Positions 37,003 to 47,694 of a stretch of DNA of 64,000 nucleotides are shown one piece after another. The stretch comes from an uncultured delta proteobacterium (lineage in GTDB: Bacteria > Desulfobacterota > Desulfomonilia > UBA1062). The stretch's first letter is position 1; the number at the start of each line of letters is the position of its first letter. Location: positions 96,001 to 160,000 of the forward strand of contig CAWCTR010000017.1 in assembly GCA_963798485.1 (NCBI GenBank). Direction: 5' to 3'. The notes under the pieces were generated by a model, which saw only the letters and a list, made by a program, of their open reading frames with translations, had not been told where the DNA came from and searched no databases. The translations under genes were made by a program, and so were the position numbers.

Positions 37003-38612
37003 GCGCTCTCCTGCAGCCAGGACTTCACTACCGCCGTAGCGGTATTCATATCATTCTTTAAGACATTCTCGATGGCCTTGCGTTTGCCCTGGACCGCCCG
37101 CTTCATTTCCTCACTCTTGGGGGCAACCTCGAGCTGAGGCAGCTCGTCATTCTCGAGAAGACCCTGTTCCTCCATGGAAATACCCCTTTCGTGTGCGTGT
37201 ACCCGTTCAACCACCTTGACCGATTTTGTGAGCCACTTGAGCATGGGCCGTATTATGAAGAGCAGGACCAGGACAACAATAACAAGGAATAGTACCGGCT
37301 TGATGAGAGAAAGTATGAATTCCTTCTTCTTCTCCTTCTCGGAAAGTGAAGACAGGTCGGTGTCTTCCTGGGCAAAAGGCATGCAGGACACCGAGATCAG
37401 GTCTTCCCGGTCCGCATTGAACCCGACGGCTTGCTTTACGGCGTTCTCAATATCCTTCAGATCGGATGCCTGCCTTGGGACAAACAGCTTGTTCCCCGCC
37501 TTGTCCGTTTTATATGTCCCGTCAACCACAACCGATACTGTCAATCGTTTGACATCACCTGGAGATAATATCCGCTCCGTCTGGTTTTTGCCGATCTCAT
37601 AATTACGGACTACACTTTCTCCGCCAGTTGCCCCGTTCGGAGGGACCGCCTCCGGTCCACCCTTTCCTGTGGGTAGGTTTGACGGTGTGCCGGCAACCCC
37701 CTTTGTGTTCTTGTCAGAGCCGGTATACTGGTTCTTGACCTCTTCGGAGCGGACAACATGGACCTCGGGATCGTATGACTCCTGGACATTCTTGACCATA
37801 TCCATGTTTACATCCGCGCTTACCTTCACTATGGCGGCCTGCGGCCCCACGATCTTTTCAAGGAGGCCTTGTGCCCTTTCCTGGAGATGGTTTTCAATGG
37901 CCCGCTTATATTCAAGCCGGTCGCTGGCAAGGGCTACCGAATCGGAGTCCTTCTTCCCTTCATAGAGGATCTTGCCCTTGATGTCTATGATGCTGATATT
38001 TTCGGGGCCCAGACCCCGCACGCTCTTTTCCACGAGATACACGATACCCTGGACCTGGGAGGGGTTCATCTGCATGCCGGGCTTGGTCTTGATGACGATG
38101 GATGCCTTGGCCGGTTTTTCATCCTCGATGAAAATGCTTTCTTTGGGCATGGCTATATGGACCCGTGCAAAGGACACTTCTTCAAGCGACATGATGGTGT
38201 TGGCCAGTTCGTTCTGCAATGCCCTTTGATAATTGATCTTCTGGACGAACTCTGACTGGGAGAAGTCCGTTTGATCGAAGAGCGCAAACCCCTTACCCAC
38301 ACCACCCTTAGGCAGCCCCCTGGCTGCAAGGGCAAGGCGTGTTTCGTAGACATTGGCCTCAGGTATCATGATGGAAGTGCCACCCTTGGTGAGCTGATAG
38401 GATATGCGGCTCTCCTTCAGATCCTGGACGATCAGCGAGGCATCCTGTTCGGTCAGGTCGGTGAAGAGGTACTGATACTTGGGGGCCATGGCCCACATGA
38501 GGCTTACCACGACAACCGCCATAGCCAGGCCGCTCACGGCCAGAAGGCCGAACCTCTGCCCCATGCTCATGGCGCCGAACTTTGCAGGAAGCTGTTTAAT
38601 GAAGTCTGTCAT
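36999..38612 (-). CDS. fliF: Flagellar M-ring protein FliF
   Basis: YQRALQNELA.TI, ARVHIA.P..S.F, two TM segments. Confidence 0.96.
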   Translation of the reverse strand: MTDFIKQLPAKFGAMSMGQRFGLLAVSGLAMAVVVVSLMWAMAPKYQYLFTDLTEQDASLIVQDLKESRISYQLTKGGTSIMIPEANVYETRLALAARGLPKGGVGKGFALFDQTDFSQSEFVQKINYQRALQNELANTIMSLEEVSFARVHIAMPKESIFIEDEKPAKASIVIKTKPGMQMNPSQVQGIVYLVEKSVRGLGPENISIIDIKGKILYEGKKDSDSVALASDRLEYKRAIENHLQERAQGLLEKIVGPQAAIVKVSADVNMDMVKNVQESYDPEVHVVRSEEVKNQYTGSDKNTKGVAGTPSNLPTGKGGPEAVPPNGATGGESVVRNYEIGKNQTERILSPGDVKRLTVSVVVDGTYKTDKAGNKLFVPRQASDLKDIENAVKQAVGFNADREDLISVSCMPFAQEDTDLSSLSEKEKKKEFILSLIKPVLFLVIVVLVLLFIIRPMLKWLTKSVKVVERVHAHERGISMEEQGLLENDELPQLEVAPKSEEMKRAVQGKRKAIENVLKNDMNTATAVVKSWLQESA

Positions 38613-38614
38613 GG

Positions 38615-38902
38615 CTATCTCAATGTGTTGAGTTCTTTGTAGCCACTGATGATCTCATTGGTCATTTTCACGAGCAGCCTTAAAGATATGTCGGCCTTCT
38701 GCATGGCGATCATTGCCTCATGGATATTGCCGGACTTGCCCGATGAAAGGTCGAGGGCTGACTTCTCGGATTCCGAGAGAAGCTTATTCGTGGAATCGAT
38801 GGTCTCCTTGAGGGTATCAACAAAATCAAGGCCTTTAGCCGATGTTTTTCCCTGAGACGTAAGGGTGCCGGTTATGGTGAAATCAGATTTGTCGATACGC
38901 AT
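38615..38902 (-). CDS. fliE: Flagellar hook-basal body protein FliE
   Basis: IHEAMIAMQKADISL...Y.E. Confidence 0.9.
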   Translation of the reverse strand: MRIDKSDFTITGTLTSQGKTSAKGLDFVDTLKETIDSTNKLLSESEKSALDLSSGKSGNIHEAMIAMQKADISLRLLVKMTNEIISGYKELNTLR

Positions 38903-38904
38903 TA

Positions 38905-39312
38905 TTAACTCCCGCTGCTGATACTCAGCGACTTGAGCGCCATGTCCTTTTGTGCCTTCACAACAATGGAGTTGGCTTCAAAGGCCCTTGTGGCATTCAT
39001 CATGTTCACCATTTCTTCCATGAGGTTCACGTTGGGCATTGTGACATAGCCCTTAGCGTCCGCATCAGGGTTTCCCGGGTCATAGAGGCGTTCACCGGTA
39101 CTGGGGTTGGTCTGGATCCCCTCAACTTCAACGCTTGCAAGTTGGCCTTCGAAGGAGTTCTCTTTAAGGATAACGTCCCGGCGCTTGTAGGGGCCTCCTT
39201 CATCGGTATGGGTGGTGTGGGCGTTGGCGATATTGCTTGCAATGACATTCATCCTGGTACGCTGTGCCCGCATGCCGCTTGCACTAATGTCCATGGCTGT
39301 GAATAGGTCCAT
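38905..39312 (-). CDS. flgC: Flagellar basal-body rod protein FlgC
   Basis: SASGM.AQR.RMNVIASNIANA, YDPGNPDAD..GYV.MPNV. Confidence 0.96.
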   Translation of the reverse strand: MDLFTAMDISASGMRAQRTRMNVIASNIANAHTTHTDEGGPYKRRDVILKENSFEGQLASVEVEGIQTNPSTGERLYDPGNPDADAKGYVTMPNVNLMEEMVNMMNATRAFEANSIVVKAQKDMALKSLSISSGS

Positions 39313-39695
39313 TACGAGATGCCTCCTATAGTGTTTTTGAGTTGATTGAGCTTGGCAGCGATGGTAGTTGTCAAGTGGGTGAAGAGGATCTGGTTCTGGT
39401 TGAGCTTCATCATCTCTCGGTCGATATCCACGGTGTTGGAGTCGTTGCCGATCCTTTCGAACGGGTCATCCACGGTTTGGTAAGGGTCTTGTGTGGGTGA
39501 TCCCTTCAGGTGTTGCTGGTTTGTGGTAGTGAGTTTTAACCTGGAGTCCAGCTCGCTCTCAAAGAGGGCTTCCTTGGCCTTGTAGCCAGGGGTGTCCACA
39601 TTGGCTATGTTGCTGGCTATGACTTCCTGACGATAGGTGCGGTAATTCAACTGCTTTGTTATTTCCGAGATGGTCTTTCCGAAGATATCGCCCAT
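39312..39695 (-). CDS. flgB: Flagellar basal-body rod protein FlgB
   Basis: IASNIANVDTPGYKA, D.NTVDIDREM. Confidence 0.95.
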   Translation of the reverse strand: MGDIFGKTISEITKQLNYRTYRQEVIASNIANVDTPGYKAKEALFESELDSRLKLTTTNQQHLKGSPTQDPYQTVDDPFERIGNDSNTVDIDREMMKLNQNQILFTHLTTTIAAKLNQLKNTIGGIS

Positions 39696-39719
39696 ATGAA
39701 TTCTCCTTGATCTCTATAA

Positions 39720-39735
39720 AGCAATTGTCATACCA
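39720..39735 (-). promoter_or_regulatory. Sigma54 promoter of the flgB operon
   Basis: TGGTATGACAATTGCT on the minus strand, 25 bp upstream of flgB. Confidence 0.8.
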
Positions 39736-39748
39736 ATGGGGCCAAGGC

Positions 39749-41092
39749 TCATGTTTCCAGGGGTTCTTCAAGATCCGGGCCCCCGGACTTTGCCGGTTCA
39801 TCGTCAGAAATTTGACCACCATTGGTATATTCATGCAGCTTGTTCCGCAAGGTCCGGATACTTATGCCCAGCAGTGTTGCCGCCTTGGTCCTGTTGCCGT
39901 CGACCTTTTTCAAGGTTGAAAAGATGAGGTTTTTCTCCATATCGTGGATTGTTGTGCCCATGGCAGGCATCGATGCCGATATTGAGGAAGGCTCAGAGCT
40001 TAGTGCTATATGTTCTGTAGAAATCGTATCTCCTTCAGTAAGGATCATGGCGCGTTCGACAACGTTTTCAAGCTCGCGCACATTGCCGGGCCAGGGGTAC
40101 TTCAATAGGGCATCTTTTGCCTCCTTGCTGAGCACTTTTTCCTGCATGTCTTCCCGGGAGGCTACCACCTTGATGAAGTGTGTGGTTAAAGGGATGATGT
40201 CTTCACTGCGCTGTCTTAAGGGTGGGATCTTAATGGTGATCACATTCAACCGGAAAAAGAGGTCGTGCCTGAATCTCCCTGCATTGATTTCTTCTTCGAT
40301 ATCCCTGTTGGTGGTGGAGATGACACGAAAGTCCACCTTGATGGGGGCCTTTCCGCCTACACGGTCTATCTGCCTTTCCTGCAAGACCCGCAGGAGTTTT
40401 GCCTGCAAGGCCGGGGTGATCTCGGTTACCTCGTCCAGCAGGATTGTACCGCAATCCGCCTGTTCGAACCTGCCGATCCGGGTGGTATACGCCCCGGTGA
40501 ATGCACCCTTCTCATAGCCGAAGAGCTCACTTTCAAGCAATGTCTCAGGGATGGCTGCAAGGTTAATCCCCACATAGGGCCCGCTTTTCCGTTTACTCAA
40601 GGCATGGATGTTTCTCGCAATCACCTCCTTGCCCGTACCCGACTCTCCCTGGATAAGGATAGAGGCTTGAGTGGGAGCGACCTTCCGGATGATCTCCACG
40701 ATCCCCCTCATGGAAGGATCGGCCACAATAAATGATGTATCCTGATTGTTGAATTTTTGACCTTTCGGGGTCTTTAGCGCCTCGATGACGCTCACCATCT
40801 CATCGGCCCTGAAGGGTTTTTTCAGGTAGTATGAGGCCCCTGCCTTCAGGCATGCAGAGCCGTCTTTAATTCCGATTGCCACGATCTGAATGGAATCGTA
40901 TACCTGTTTCGTGCCTTCGATCACGTCGAGAAAGTCATCCGAGATGATCGCCAGGTTGTGATTTTTGGGATCGATCATCTCCAGAAACTTATCTTTGTCG
41001 GTGTAGGGTGATGGAGATTCGCCCTGTTCGGCAATGAGTTCTGCAAGGATATTCACCGTCTCTTTATCGCAATCTAAGATGGCGATTCCCAT
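39749..41092 (-). CDS. Sigma54-dependent activator (FleR/FlgR-like) with degenerate receiver domain
   Basis: [24 protein letters not shown], Fis-type HTH. Confidence 0.92.
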   Translation of the reverse strand: MGIAILDCDKETVNILAELIAEQGESPSPYTDKDKFLEMIDPKNHNLAIISDDFLDVIEGTKQVYDSIQIVAIGIKDGSACLKAGASYYLKKPFRADEMVSVIEALKTPKGQKFNNQDTSFIVADPSMRGIVEIIRKVAPTQASILIQGESGTGKEVIARNIHALSKRKSGPYVGINLAAIPETLLESELFGYEKGAFTGAYTTRIGRFEQADCGTILLDEVTEITPALQAKLLRVLQERQIDRVGGKAPIKVDFRVISTTNRDIEEEINAGRFRHDLFFRLNVITIKIPPLRQRSEDIIPLTTHFIKVVASREDMQEKVLSKEAKDALLKYPWPGNVRELENVVERAMILTEGDTISTEHIALSSEPSSISASMPAMGTTIHDMEKNLIFSTLKKVDGNRTKAATLLGISIRTLRNKLHEYTNGGQISDDEPAKSGGPDLEEPLET

Positions 41093-41097
41093 GGCCC

Positions 41098-43788
41098 TTA
41101 TTGTCCCCTCATCTTGGCTTTTTCATCATCGAACCTCGTAAGATCTTTCTGCAGATCTATGTCATTCGAAGTGAGGCGTGCTGCGGATAGCAGGAGTGGG
41201 TCCTTGGTAAGACGGATGACATTTGTGAGAAGGTTCTTCGCCGAAGTCTGATCTCCAAGGGTATATGCGATTTGTGAAAGATGGTACATGGCCCAGTAGG
41301 CATGAGATGATTTGGGATAGGTATCGAGCAGTATCTGGTAGAAGGTCTTTGCCTTGGCAATCTCGCCTTTGTCTTTGAGCTGGGCTGCCCTGAGGTAAAG
41401 GGCATCCTCTATGATGGGGGAGATCCTTTTACCGTGATAAGAGATTATCCTTTCCAGGGTCTGCTCCTCCTGCTGGGCCAGGCCGAGCCTCTGATATGCG
41501 CCCGCAAGGTATGAAAGAGAGTTTAATGCCAGCGGGCTGTCATTATTTGCCGAGGCCTCAAGGTAGGGTAAGGACTCTTTGAGACTGCCCAGCAGATAGA
41601 GCACCTCGCCACGACGGTCTCTCATAAGCCCTATGTCTTTGCCCGTCGGATAGCTCGTAAGGTACAGTGTATTCCAGATCAGGGCCTCCTGGTACCTGCC
41701 CTGTTTGACATTGATTACGAAAAGGAGATAGAGCGCCTGCTTTTTATACGGCGATTCGTCCCTGGTAGATGATTCGAGCACCATCCTGGCCTTATCTAAT
41801 TGGCCAAGACGATTCAGGGCGTCCCCGATGATGAAGAGGGTGGCGCTGTCGGAGAGCTCCTTGATGAAGTTATTCTGGTAGCGGGTATAAATCATATAGA
41901 TCTTATCATTCTTTGAGTCCCGATGCAGGATACGGACCCGCTCGATAATACTCCTTAGTGCCTCCACCTGGGCATAGTGATGGATCGTATCGGTCTTCTT
42001 CGTATTCAGCCATACCTCAAGGTAGGTATCAAGGGCCTTATCCGACTGACCGTGCTTTGCATAGGCCTGGGCTATCCGGACCTTCACCAGTGAGGACAGG
42101 GACTTGTCTTTATATTCTTCCATGGTTTTCAGCGTTTCATAGATGTCCATAACCTCATTGAATGCCGTCTCGGAGAGTTTGCCATGTTCGTCCGTATTTT
42201 TCTCTATGATGATCCGTGCCGACTTGAGTTTGGCCATCACAAGGTTTTCACCCGTTGATGTCAGGCTTTCAACCTGGGTGAAGGCTACCAGGGCCTTATC
42301 TTTTTCGCCGATCTGATAAAGACAGTCGCCCAGCATGAGGAGGTACTTCTGTTTACCTGACGGGTCGCCAAGGTTGAATGCCTGGATAAGGTAGTCCTTT
42401 GCCCCCTCGAAGTCGTTCATCTTGAATGCGGCCTCGCCCATGTGGGCATATAATCCCGGGAACTGTCTGATGAGTGTATGGTCTAACGTAAGGGCCTCTT
42501 GATAGATTGCAAATGCCTTTGTATAATCATTTAATCCGAGATAGGTTTCGGCCGCCACGGCAAGGTAGGTTGCCTTCAGCCCGGCAGGAACTCCGGCCTG
42601 GCCGAGTTCGTTTATCAACCGTTTGTTGGCGGCATAGGCATCCTGATAAGCACCATTATGGTTTAATATGTCGATTTCCCTGATACCGGCCTCGGCCTTG
42701 ATATCATCCCAGATAGACCTCTTCAGTGATTTCACCTGATCATAAGCTTGATTGGCCATGCCGGAGCTTATGAGCATGGAGCAGTATTCGAGCATAATCC
42801 GCTCACGATCCAAACCGTCCGGGAGCTTGTCAATGGCGGCATTCATCATGGAAAGGGCCCTGGCGGCGTTGTTTCCTGTCGGGTATGGAAATGCCAGTGC
42901 CCAGTATGAGCGGGCAAGGAGTATCTTTTCTTTGGCATCCAGTAATTGAACAGAAGGCTCTAATACTGTGATCACGCCCGCGATATTGCCTGCGCTGAAC
43001 AAGCTTTTTGCGCTCAGGTATCTGGTCTCAGGAGAGGCGGTATTCGTTGCCCTGATCTCAAAGATCACCCGGCTTTTCTCTTTGTCAATGCGTGTTTCCA
43101 TGAGGGTATACTGCTCGGTGATATTTAATGTGAGTACCGTGCCGGATGACATCTTCATGACACTACCGAACTTCAGCTGCGGCACAGGGGTGAGGAGTTT
43201 TTCCATGGTGTCGCAGGGGAAATCTGATGGGAAATGGATGTAGATCCTGCCGGACTTGGCGGTTCGAACCTCAGGGAACATGTCCGGTTCGATGTTCATG
43301 GATACACTCAAGAGAACCTTGCCGGGGATAACCTCGATTCGTTTGATAGGGCAAAGGGCCTTTTGCTCTTTCTTGGCAGTAAGATCAATGACGACGGAAG
43401 GTGGGCTCTGTCTGGTAGAGACCTTGTAGGTAAACGGGGTCTTTATGGCGATGGTCGCCTTTAACCCGTCAAAGGTGAACCCCTGGATCATAAACTGATC
43501 CTGAAAGGCCTGAGGGTCAGCAACAGTGTGGGGAAAATTGACGATCAGTGTCTGGTTTTGTTCCGATACATCAGGTACAATGGCAACCGTATCATTCAGG
43601 TTGAAGATGATCCTGGTGACATTCTCCGACCCCCCCGCATATATTCCTGTTGCGCACACCGGCCCTGCATGTACGGCGGATAGACACGCGATTACCAATG
43701 CACGGTATAGAACCGTCTTCAGGATACTTTTTATAGGGCTCTTGTTCTTCACCGTAGCATGAAAATACAACTTTCGTGCCATATTCAT
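41098..43788 (-). CDS. Large TPR-repeat envelope protein within the flagellar cluster
   Basis: Signal-like N-terminus and many TPR repeats. The true start may lie downstream of the sigma54 site at 43766-43781. Confidence 0.85.
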   Translation of the reverse strand: MNMARKLYFHATVKNKSPIKSILKTVLYRALVIACLSAVHAGPVCATGIYAGGSENVTRIIFNLNDTVAIVPDVSEQNQTLIVNFPHTVADPQAFQDQFMIQGFTFDGLKATIAIKTPFTYKVSTRQSPPSVVIDLTAKKEQKALCPIKRIEVIPGKVLLSVSMNIEPDMFPEVRTAKSGRIYIHFPSDFPCDTMEKLLTPVPQLKFGSVMKMSSGTVLTLNITEQYTLMETRIDKEKSRVIFEIRATNTASPETRYLSAKSLFSAGNIAGVITVLEPSVQLLDAKEKILLARSYWALAFPYPTGNNAARALSMMNAAIDKLPDGLDRERIMLEYCSMLISSGMANQAYDQVKSLKRSIWDDIKAEAGIREIDILNHNGAYQDAYAANKRLINELGQAGVPAGLKATYLAVAAETYLGLNDYTKAFAIYQEALTLDHTLIRQFPGLYAHMGEAAFKMNDFEGAKDYLIQAFNLGDPSGKQKYLLMLGDCLYQIGEKDKALVAFTQVESLTSTGENLVMAKLKSARIIIEKNTDEHGKLSETAFNEVMDIYETLKTMEEYKDKSLSSLVKVRIAQAYAKHGQSDKALDTYLEVWLNTKKTDTIHHYAQVEALRSIIERVRILHRDSKNDKIYMIYTRYQNNFIKELSDSATLFIIGDALNRLGQLDKARMVLESSTRDESPYKKQALYLLFVINVKQGRYQEALIWNTLYLTSYPTGKDIGLMRDRRGEVLYLLGSLKESLPYLEASANNDSPLALNSLSYLAGAYQRLGLAQQEEQTLERIISYHGKRISPIIEDALYLRAAQLKDKGEIAKAKTFYQILLDTYPKSSHAYWAMYHLSQIAYTLGDQTSAKNLLTNVIRLTKDPLLLSAARLTSNDIDLQKDLTRFDDEKAKMRGQ
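43766..43781 (-). promoter_or_regulatory. Probable sigma54 promoter
   Basis: TGGCACGAAAGTTGTA on the minus strand. Confidence 0.6.
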
Positions 43789-43816
43789 GCTTTGGTAAGC
43801 TTGCCGGCGAAGGGAA

Positions 43817-45220
43817 TTAAGATATATTTGATTCTGATGGTTTCTGAAGTTTCTGTTTCTTGATCTTTTCCACCAGCGTTGTCCTGTTCACATGAAGGAG
43901 TTTGGCTGCACGATTTTTGACCCAGTTGCTTTTATTGAGGGCCTGAACGATGATGCTCCTCTCAAATTCATTGACTGCGGTGGAGAGGTCGATGCCTGTT
44001 TCGGGCAGATCGATCCGGGGGACGGCCGATGCCTCCAGAGTGGGCCCGGTGAGTAGTTTATCCGGCAGGTCTGCAATATCAATAATGGGAGAATCGCTTA
44101 AAACAACCATACGCTCAACAAGGTTTTCCAGCTCGCGTACATTGCCGGGCCAGCGATAGCGCATGAGTACGGGTATTGCCTTTTTCCCGAACTCAACCTT
44201 CTTGAGTGACTTGCCGTTTATAAATTTGTCAAGAAAGTGTTTGATGAGCAGCGGAATATCATCGGTCCTTTCCCTTAAGGGAGGGAGGTGGATAGGTATG
44301 ACATTGAGCCGGTAGTAGAGATCTTCCCGGAATCTACCTTCTGCAACCTCTTCTTCGAGGTTTTTATTCGTTGCAGCGATGATCCGTACATCAACCCTTA
44401 TGGTCTTTACCCCGCCGACGCGCTCGAACTCGCGCTCCTGGATGACTCGGAGCAGCTTTACCTGGAGGTTCGGGCTCATCTCTGATATCTCATCCAAGAA
44501 TATACTGCCGCCGCAGGCAAGCTCGAACCTTCCGATCCTGGTCCTGAATGCGCCGGTGAAGGCGCCCTTTTCATGTCCGAAGAGCTCGCTCTCCAGAAGC
44601 TCTTCGGGGATGGCGCCGCAGTTCACGGGGACAAATGCATTGGTGGACCTCATGGAATTATAATGCAGTGCCCGTGCGACAAGCTCTTTGCCTGTACCCG
44701 ATTCCCCAAGGATCAGGACTGTGGAGTCTGTGGAGGCGACCTTGTCGATGAGGCTGAAGACCTTCTGCATCTTGTCGGAAGTCCCTATGATGTTCTCGAA
44801 CTTGTAGCGGGCCTTGAGCTGCTGTTTCAGATAGGTGTTTTCCTCCTGTAAAGCGAGGTGGTCCAGCGCCTTTTTGACTACCACCTTAATCTCGTCGGCC
44901 TTGAAGGGTTTGGTGATATAGTCGAAGGCCCCGAGTTTCATGGCATCCACTGCTGTTTTTACCGAGCCATAGCCTGTATACAAGATACCGATGGTATTCA
45001 GTCTGTTCTCAATGAGGTATTCGATTACACCGAGCCCGTCAATCTCAGGCATCTGGAGATCGGTGAGTACTACCTGGAAGGTATCCTGTGAAAGCTTATT
45101 GATGGCGTCATTCCCGTTGACGGCTGTAGTGACGGCATATCCTTCATCGGAGAGGATCTCGGAAAGGTACTCTCGATTCTGGATTTCATCGTCAACAATC
45201 AGTATAGAATGATTACCCAT
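43817..45220 (-). CDS. NtrC-family sigma54-dependent response regulator (FlrA/FleQ-like position)
   Basis: [33 protein letters not shown]. Start at MGNHSILIV. Confidence 0.93.
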   Translation of the reverse strand: MGNHSILIVDDEIQNREYLSEILSDEGYAVTTAVNGNDAINKLSQDTFQVVLTDLQMPEIDGLGVIEYLIENRLNTIGILYTGYGSVKTAVDAMKLGAFDYITKPFKADEIKVVVKKALDHLALQEENTYLKQQLKARYKFENIIGTSDKMQKVFSLIDKVASTDSTVLILGESGTGKELVARALHYNSMRSTNAFVPVNCGAIPEELLESELFGHEKGAFTGAFRTRIGRFELACGGSIFLDEISEMSPNLQVKLLRVIQEREFERVGGVKTIRVDVRIIAATNKNLEEEVAEGRFREDLYYRLNVIPIHLPPLRERTDDIPLLIKHFLDKFINGKSLKKVEFGKKAIPVLMRYRWPGNVRELENLVERMVVLSDSPIIDIADLPDKLLTGPTLEASAVPRIDLPETGIDLSTAVNEFERSIIVQALNKSNWVKNRAAKLLHVNRTTLVEKIKKQKLQKPSESNIS

Positions 45221-45317
45221 AAATTTGTAGGGCAAGGATATCACACGAAATCAAATGCGTCAATATATAGACGCTCTCAAATAAAAAAAAGTTCCGGACA
45301 GAGTTTTTGGAGGGTTA

Positions 45318-45599
45318 TCAGGCCTTGCCGTTCACCCGATCTCTCATATCTTTGCCTGATTTAAAGAAGGGCAGGGTCTTTGTCTTTACCTGGATTTTCT
45401 CGCCGCTCTTTGGGTTCCTCCCGATATAGGGTTTGTAATCCCTCATGACAAAGCTTCCGAACCCACGGATCTCGACCCTGCGCTTGCCCTTCATGGCAAT
45501 AATCATGGAGTTGAGGATGGAGTTCACCAAGGCCTCTGCCTTTTTCGGGTGGAGAGCCATGCGCATGGATAGTTCTTCAATCAGTTCCGATTTGTTCAT
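45318..45599 (-). CDS. ihfB: Integration host factor beta / HU-family protein
   Basis: MNKSELI, RVEIRGFGSF, GRNPKSGE, PFFKSGK. Confidence 0.88.
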   Translation of the reverse strand: MNKSELIEELSMRMALHPKKAEALVNSILNSMIIAMKGKRRVEIRGFGSFVMRDYKPYIGRNPKSGEKIQVKTKTLPFFKSGKDMRDRVNGKA

Positions 45600-45657
45600 G
45601 TATCTCCTCCTGTTTTTGTCTAATTATTGATAGATTATAAAGACCTCCATGCACATG

Positions 45658-46389
45658 TCAAGGTTTTTTATGTTTTTTTAGTATCTTATAGAGGGCTCCC
45701 TCTTCCGATTGGCTCAGTCGGCGGATCTGACCGGGAGACATCCCCTTGAGCATTATTGGCCCGATGCTTATCCTTTTGATGGATTCAACCCGAAGCCCCA
45801 CCGCTATGGCCATACGCTTGATCTGGTTCTTCAGCCCCTGAACAAGGGTGATTCTCAAAGCGGATCCATCAGGACCTGCATGTTCTTCTGTCACCTTTGC
45901 CGGCAGCGTTTTTCTGCCATCGAGAAAGATGCCTGTTTCCATTTGCCTTATAGCATCAGGGGAGGCCTGGGGTGAAACGTTGACCAGATAGACCTTCGGA
46001 ACATGGAAAGATGGGTGATGCAGAGAATGTGACAAATCTCCGTCATTCGTTAAAATGAGGAGTCCTTCCGCGTCAAAATCCAGCCTACCCACCGGGAACA
46101 CCCCCTGGAGGTGCTTGGGGATGAGATCCTGAATGCACGGCCTCCCCTGGGGATCGTTCATGGTGGTTAAAATGAACTTGGGCTTATACATGGCGACCAG
46201 GAGCGTATTCTGGCGGGCAACGGTCTTGCCGTCGAGGGTCACTGCATCCTGATCCGGGTCCAAGGTGTCCCCTAAGACGGCCTTGTTGCCGTTGATCTTC
46301 ACACGGCCTTGAGTAATAAGATCGTCGGCCTTTCTCCTGGAGATCGTACCTGTTGAGGCGATATATCTGTTGATGCGCACCTTGGCCAT
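45658..46389 (-). CDS. rluB: rRNA pseudouridine synthase (RluB/RsuA family)
   Basis: S4 domain SRRKAD.LI..GRV; VGRLD..EGLLILTNDG. Confidence 0.85.
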   Translation of the reverse strand: MAKVRINRYIASTGTISRRKADDLITQGRVKINGNKAVLGDTLDPDQDAVTLDGKTVARQNTLLVAMYKPKFILTTMNDPQGRPCIQDLIPKHLQGVFPVGRLDFDAEGLLILTNDGDLSHSLHHPSFHVPKVYLVNVSPQASPDAIRQMETGIFLDGRKTLPAKVTEEHAGPDGSALRITLVQGLKNQIKRMAIAVGLRVESIKRISIGPIMLKGMSPGQIRRLSQSEEGALYKILKKHKKP

Positions 46390-46435
46390 AAGGTCTTTAC
46401 TATACCGTAAAAGACCTCATCAGGGGAGGTGTCTC

Positions 46436-46912
46436 TTAAACGGCCTGGTAAAGACGGGTTCTGCATGCCTCACAGGCCTCGTTGCAGTAAGGCTCGCTGT
46501 CGTTGTAGATGACCAGACCAACATCATCTCCCATCCCGAAGCGTTCTGTGCACGTGGGGCAGAAAAGCCGGCCTATACTGTCGAGATATCCTACCACTGG
46601 CTTATCCATGTTGGGCTCGTATGCCGTGTCTGCCTTGAACGAGCTGATAAGACCGAAAGAGCCGCAGTGGGGGCACTGGAATCCAAGATCTGCTTCCCAG
46701 AACGTGGTTGGACATTTTCTGTTGGCGCAGTAGTATTGTGAAACCCTGGTCCTGTTTTTCTCAAGCAGTGCCTTTATGGTGTCGGTATAAATGTTGTCGT
46801 TCGCAGATGGTTTTCTGGTGAGGGCCTTCCTGGATGAGTTGGTTATATCTTCACGGGACGATCCTTTATCGTTCTCTTTTCTTGCCAATATCAGTTCAGT
46901 TTCCTTTTTCAT
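46436..46912 (-). CDS. Zinc-ribbon/Cys-rich hypothetical protein
   Basis: AAGGAG RBS before MKKETEL; CANRKC, CPHCG, CPTC, CNEACEAC. Confidence 0.7.
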   Translation of the reverse strand: MKKETELILARKENDKGSSREDITNSSRKALTRKPSANDNIYTDTIKALLEKNRTRVSQYYCANRKCPTTFWEADLGFQCPHCGSFGLISSFKADTAYEPNMDKPVVGYLDSIGRLFCPTCTERFGMGDDVGLVIYNDSEPYCNEACEACRTRLYQAV

Positions 46913-47049
46913 ATCATCTCTCCTTTGCGAATGCCATCGCTTGTGAGCATGTGGTTCAGATTCGATACTTGAGTAGGGCCGAGTACATCCTATTTCAATG
47001 CAGCTAACTTTTTGACACCTTGTCTTCCATAAGGTATAAGGCCTGAACA

Positions 47050-47682
47050 ATGAACGACATCAACCATATTATCAGCCAAATCGCACTATTGATGGTGCCT
47101 GTGCTGCTGTCCATCACCGTCCATGAGGTGTGTCACGGGTATGCCGCCTTTTTTTTCGGTGACCCGACTGCGAAGGATGCAGGCAGGCTCACCCTTAATC
47201 CCCTCAAGCATATCGACCCCGTGGGCCTCCTTGTGCTTTTTATTACCGGGATAGCGGGCATGGCGATTGGGTGGGCCAAGCCGGTACCCGTGGACCCCAG
47301 ATATTTCAAGAAACCCCGTATTAATATGATGTGGGTCTCACTGGCAGGCCCCTTGTCCAATATTGCATTGGCTATCGTAACTGCATTTGTTTACAAACAG
47401 TTTGGGGGTCTTCTCTCACAGACTATTTTCTATCCGCTTGTGATTATGGCAGAGTATATGATTATGATCAATGTGGGGCTTGCCGTCTTCAACCTCATCC
47501 CCATCCATCCGCTGGATGGGAGCCACATCATGGAGGGGCTGCTTCCTTTGAAGGCGGCATACGCTTATTCCAGGCTGCAGCCTTACGGATTCATGATCCT
47601 GCTCGTCCTTATATTCACGCGTGCAGTAAATGTTGTGATCTTTCCAATCATCGGTGTCATTTTGAATATCCTCATGAAATAG
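47050..47682 (+). CDS. Site-2 protease (peptidase M50)
   Basis: HEVCHG, GDPTA, AGPLSN, NLIPIHPLDG. Confidence 0.93.
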   Translation: MNDINHIISQIALLMVPVLLSITVHEVCHGYAAFFFGDPTAKDAGRLTLNPLKHIDPVGLLVLFITGIAGMAIGWAKPVPVDPRYFKKPRINMMWVSLAGPLSNIALAIVTAFVYKQFGGLLSQTIFYPLVIMAEYMIMINVGLAVFNLIPIHPLDGSHIMEGLLPLKAAYAYSRLQPYGFMILLVLIFTRAVNVVIFPIIGVILNILMK

Positions 47683-47694
47683 AAAAGGAATACT

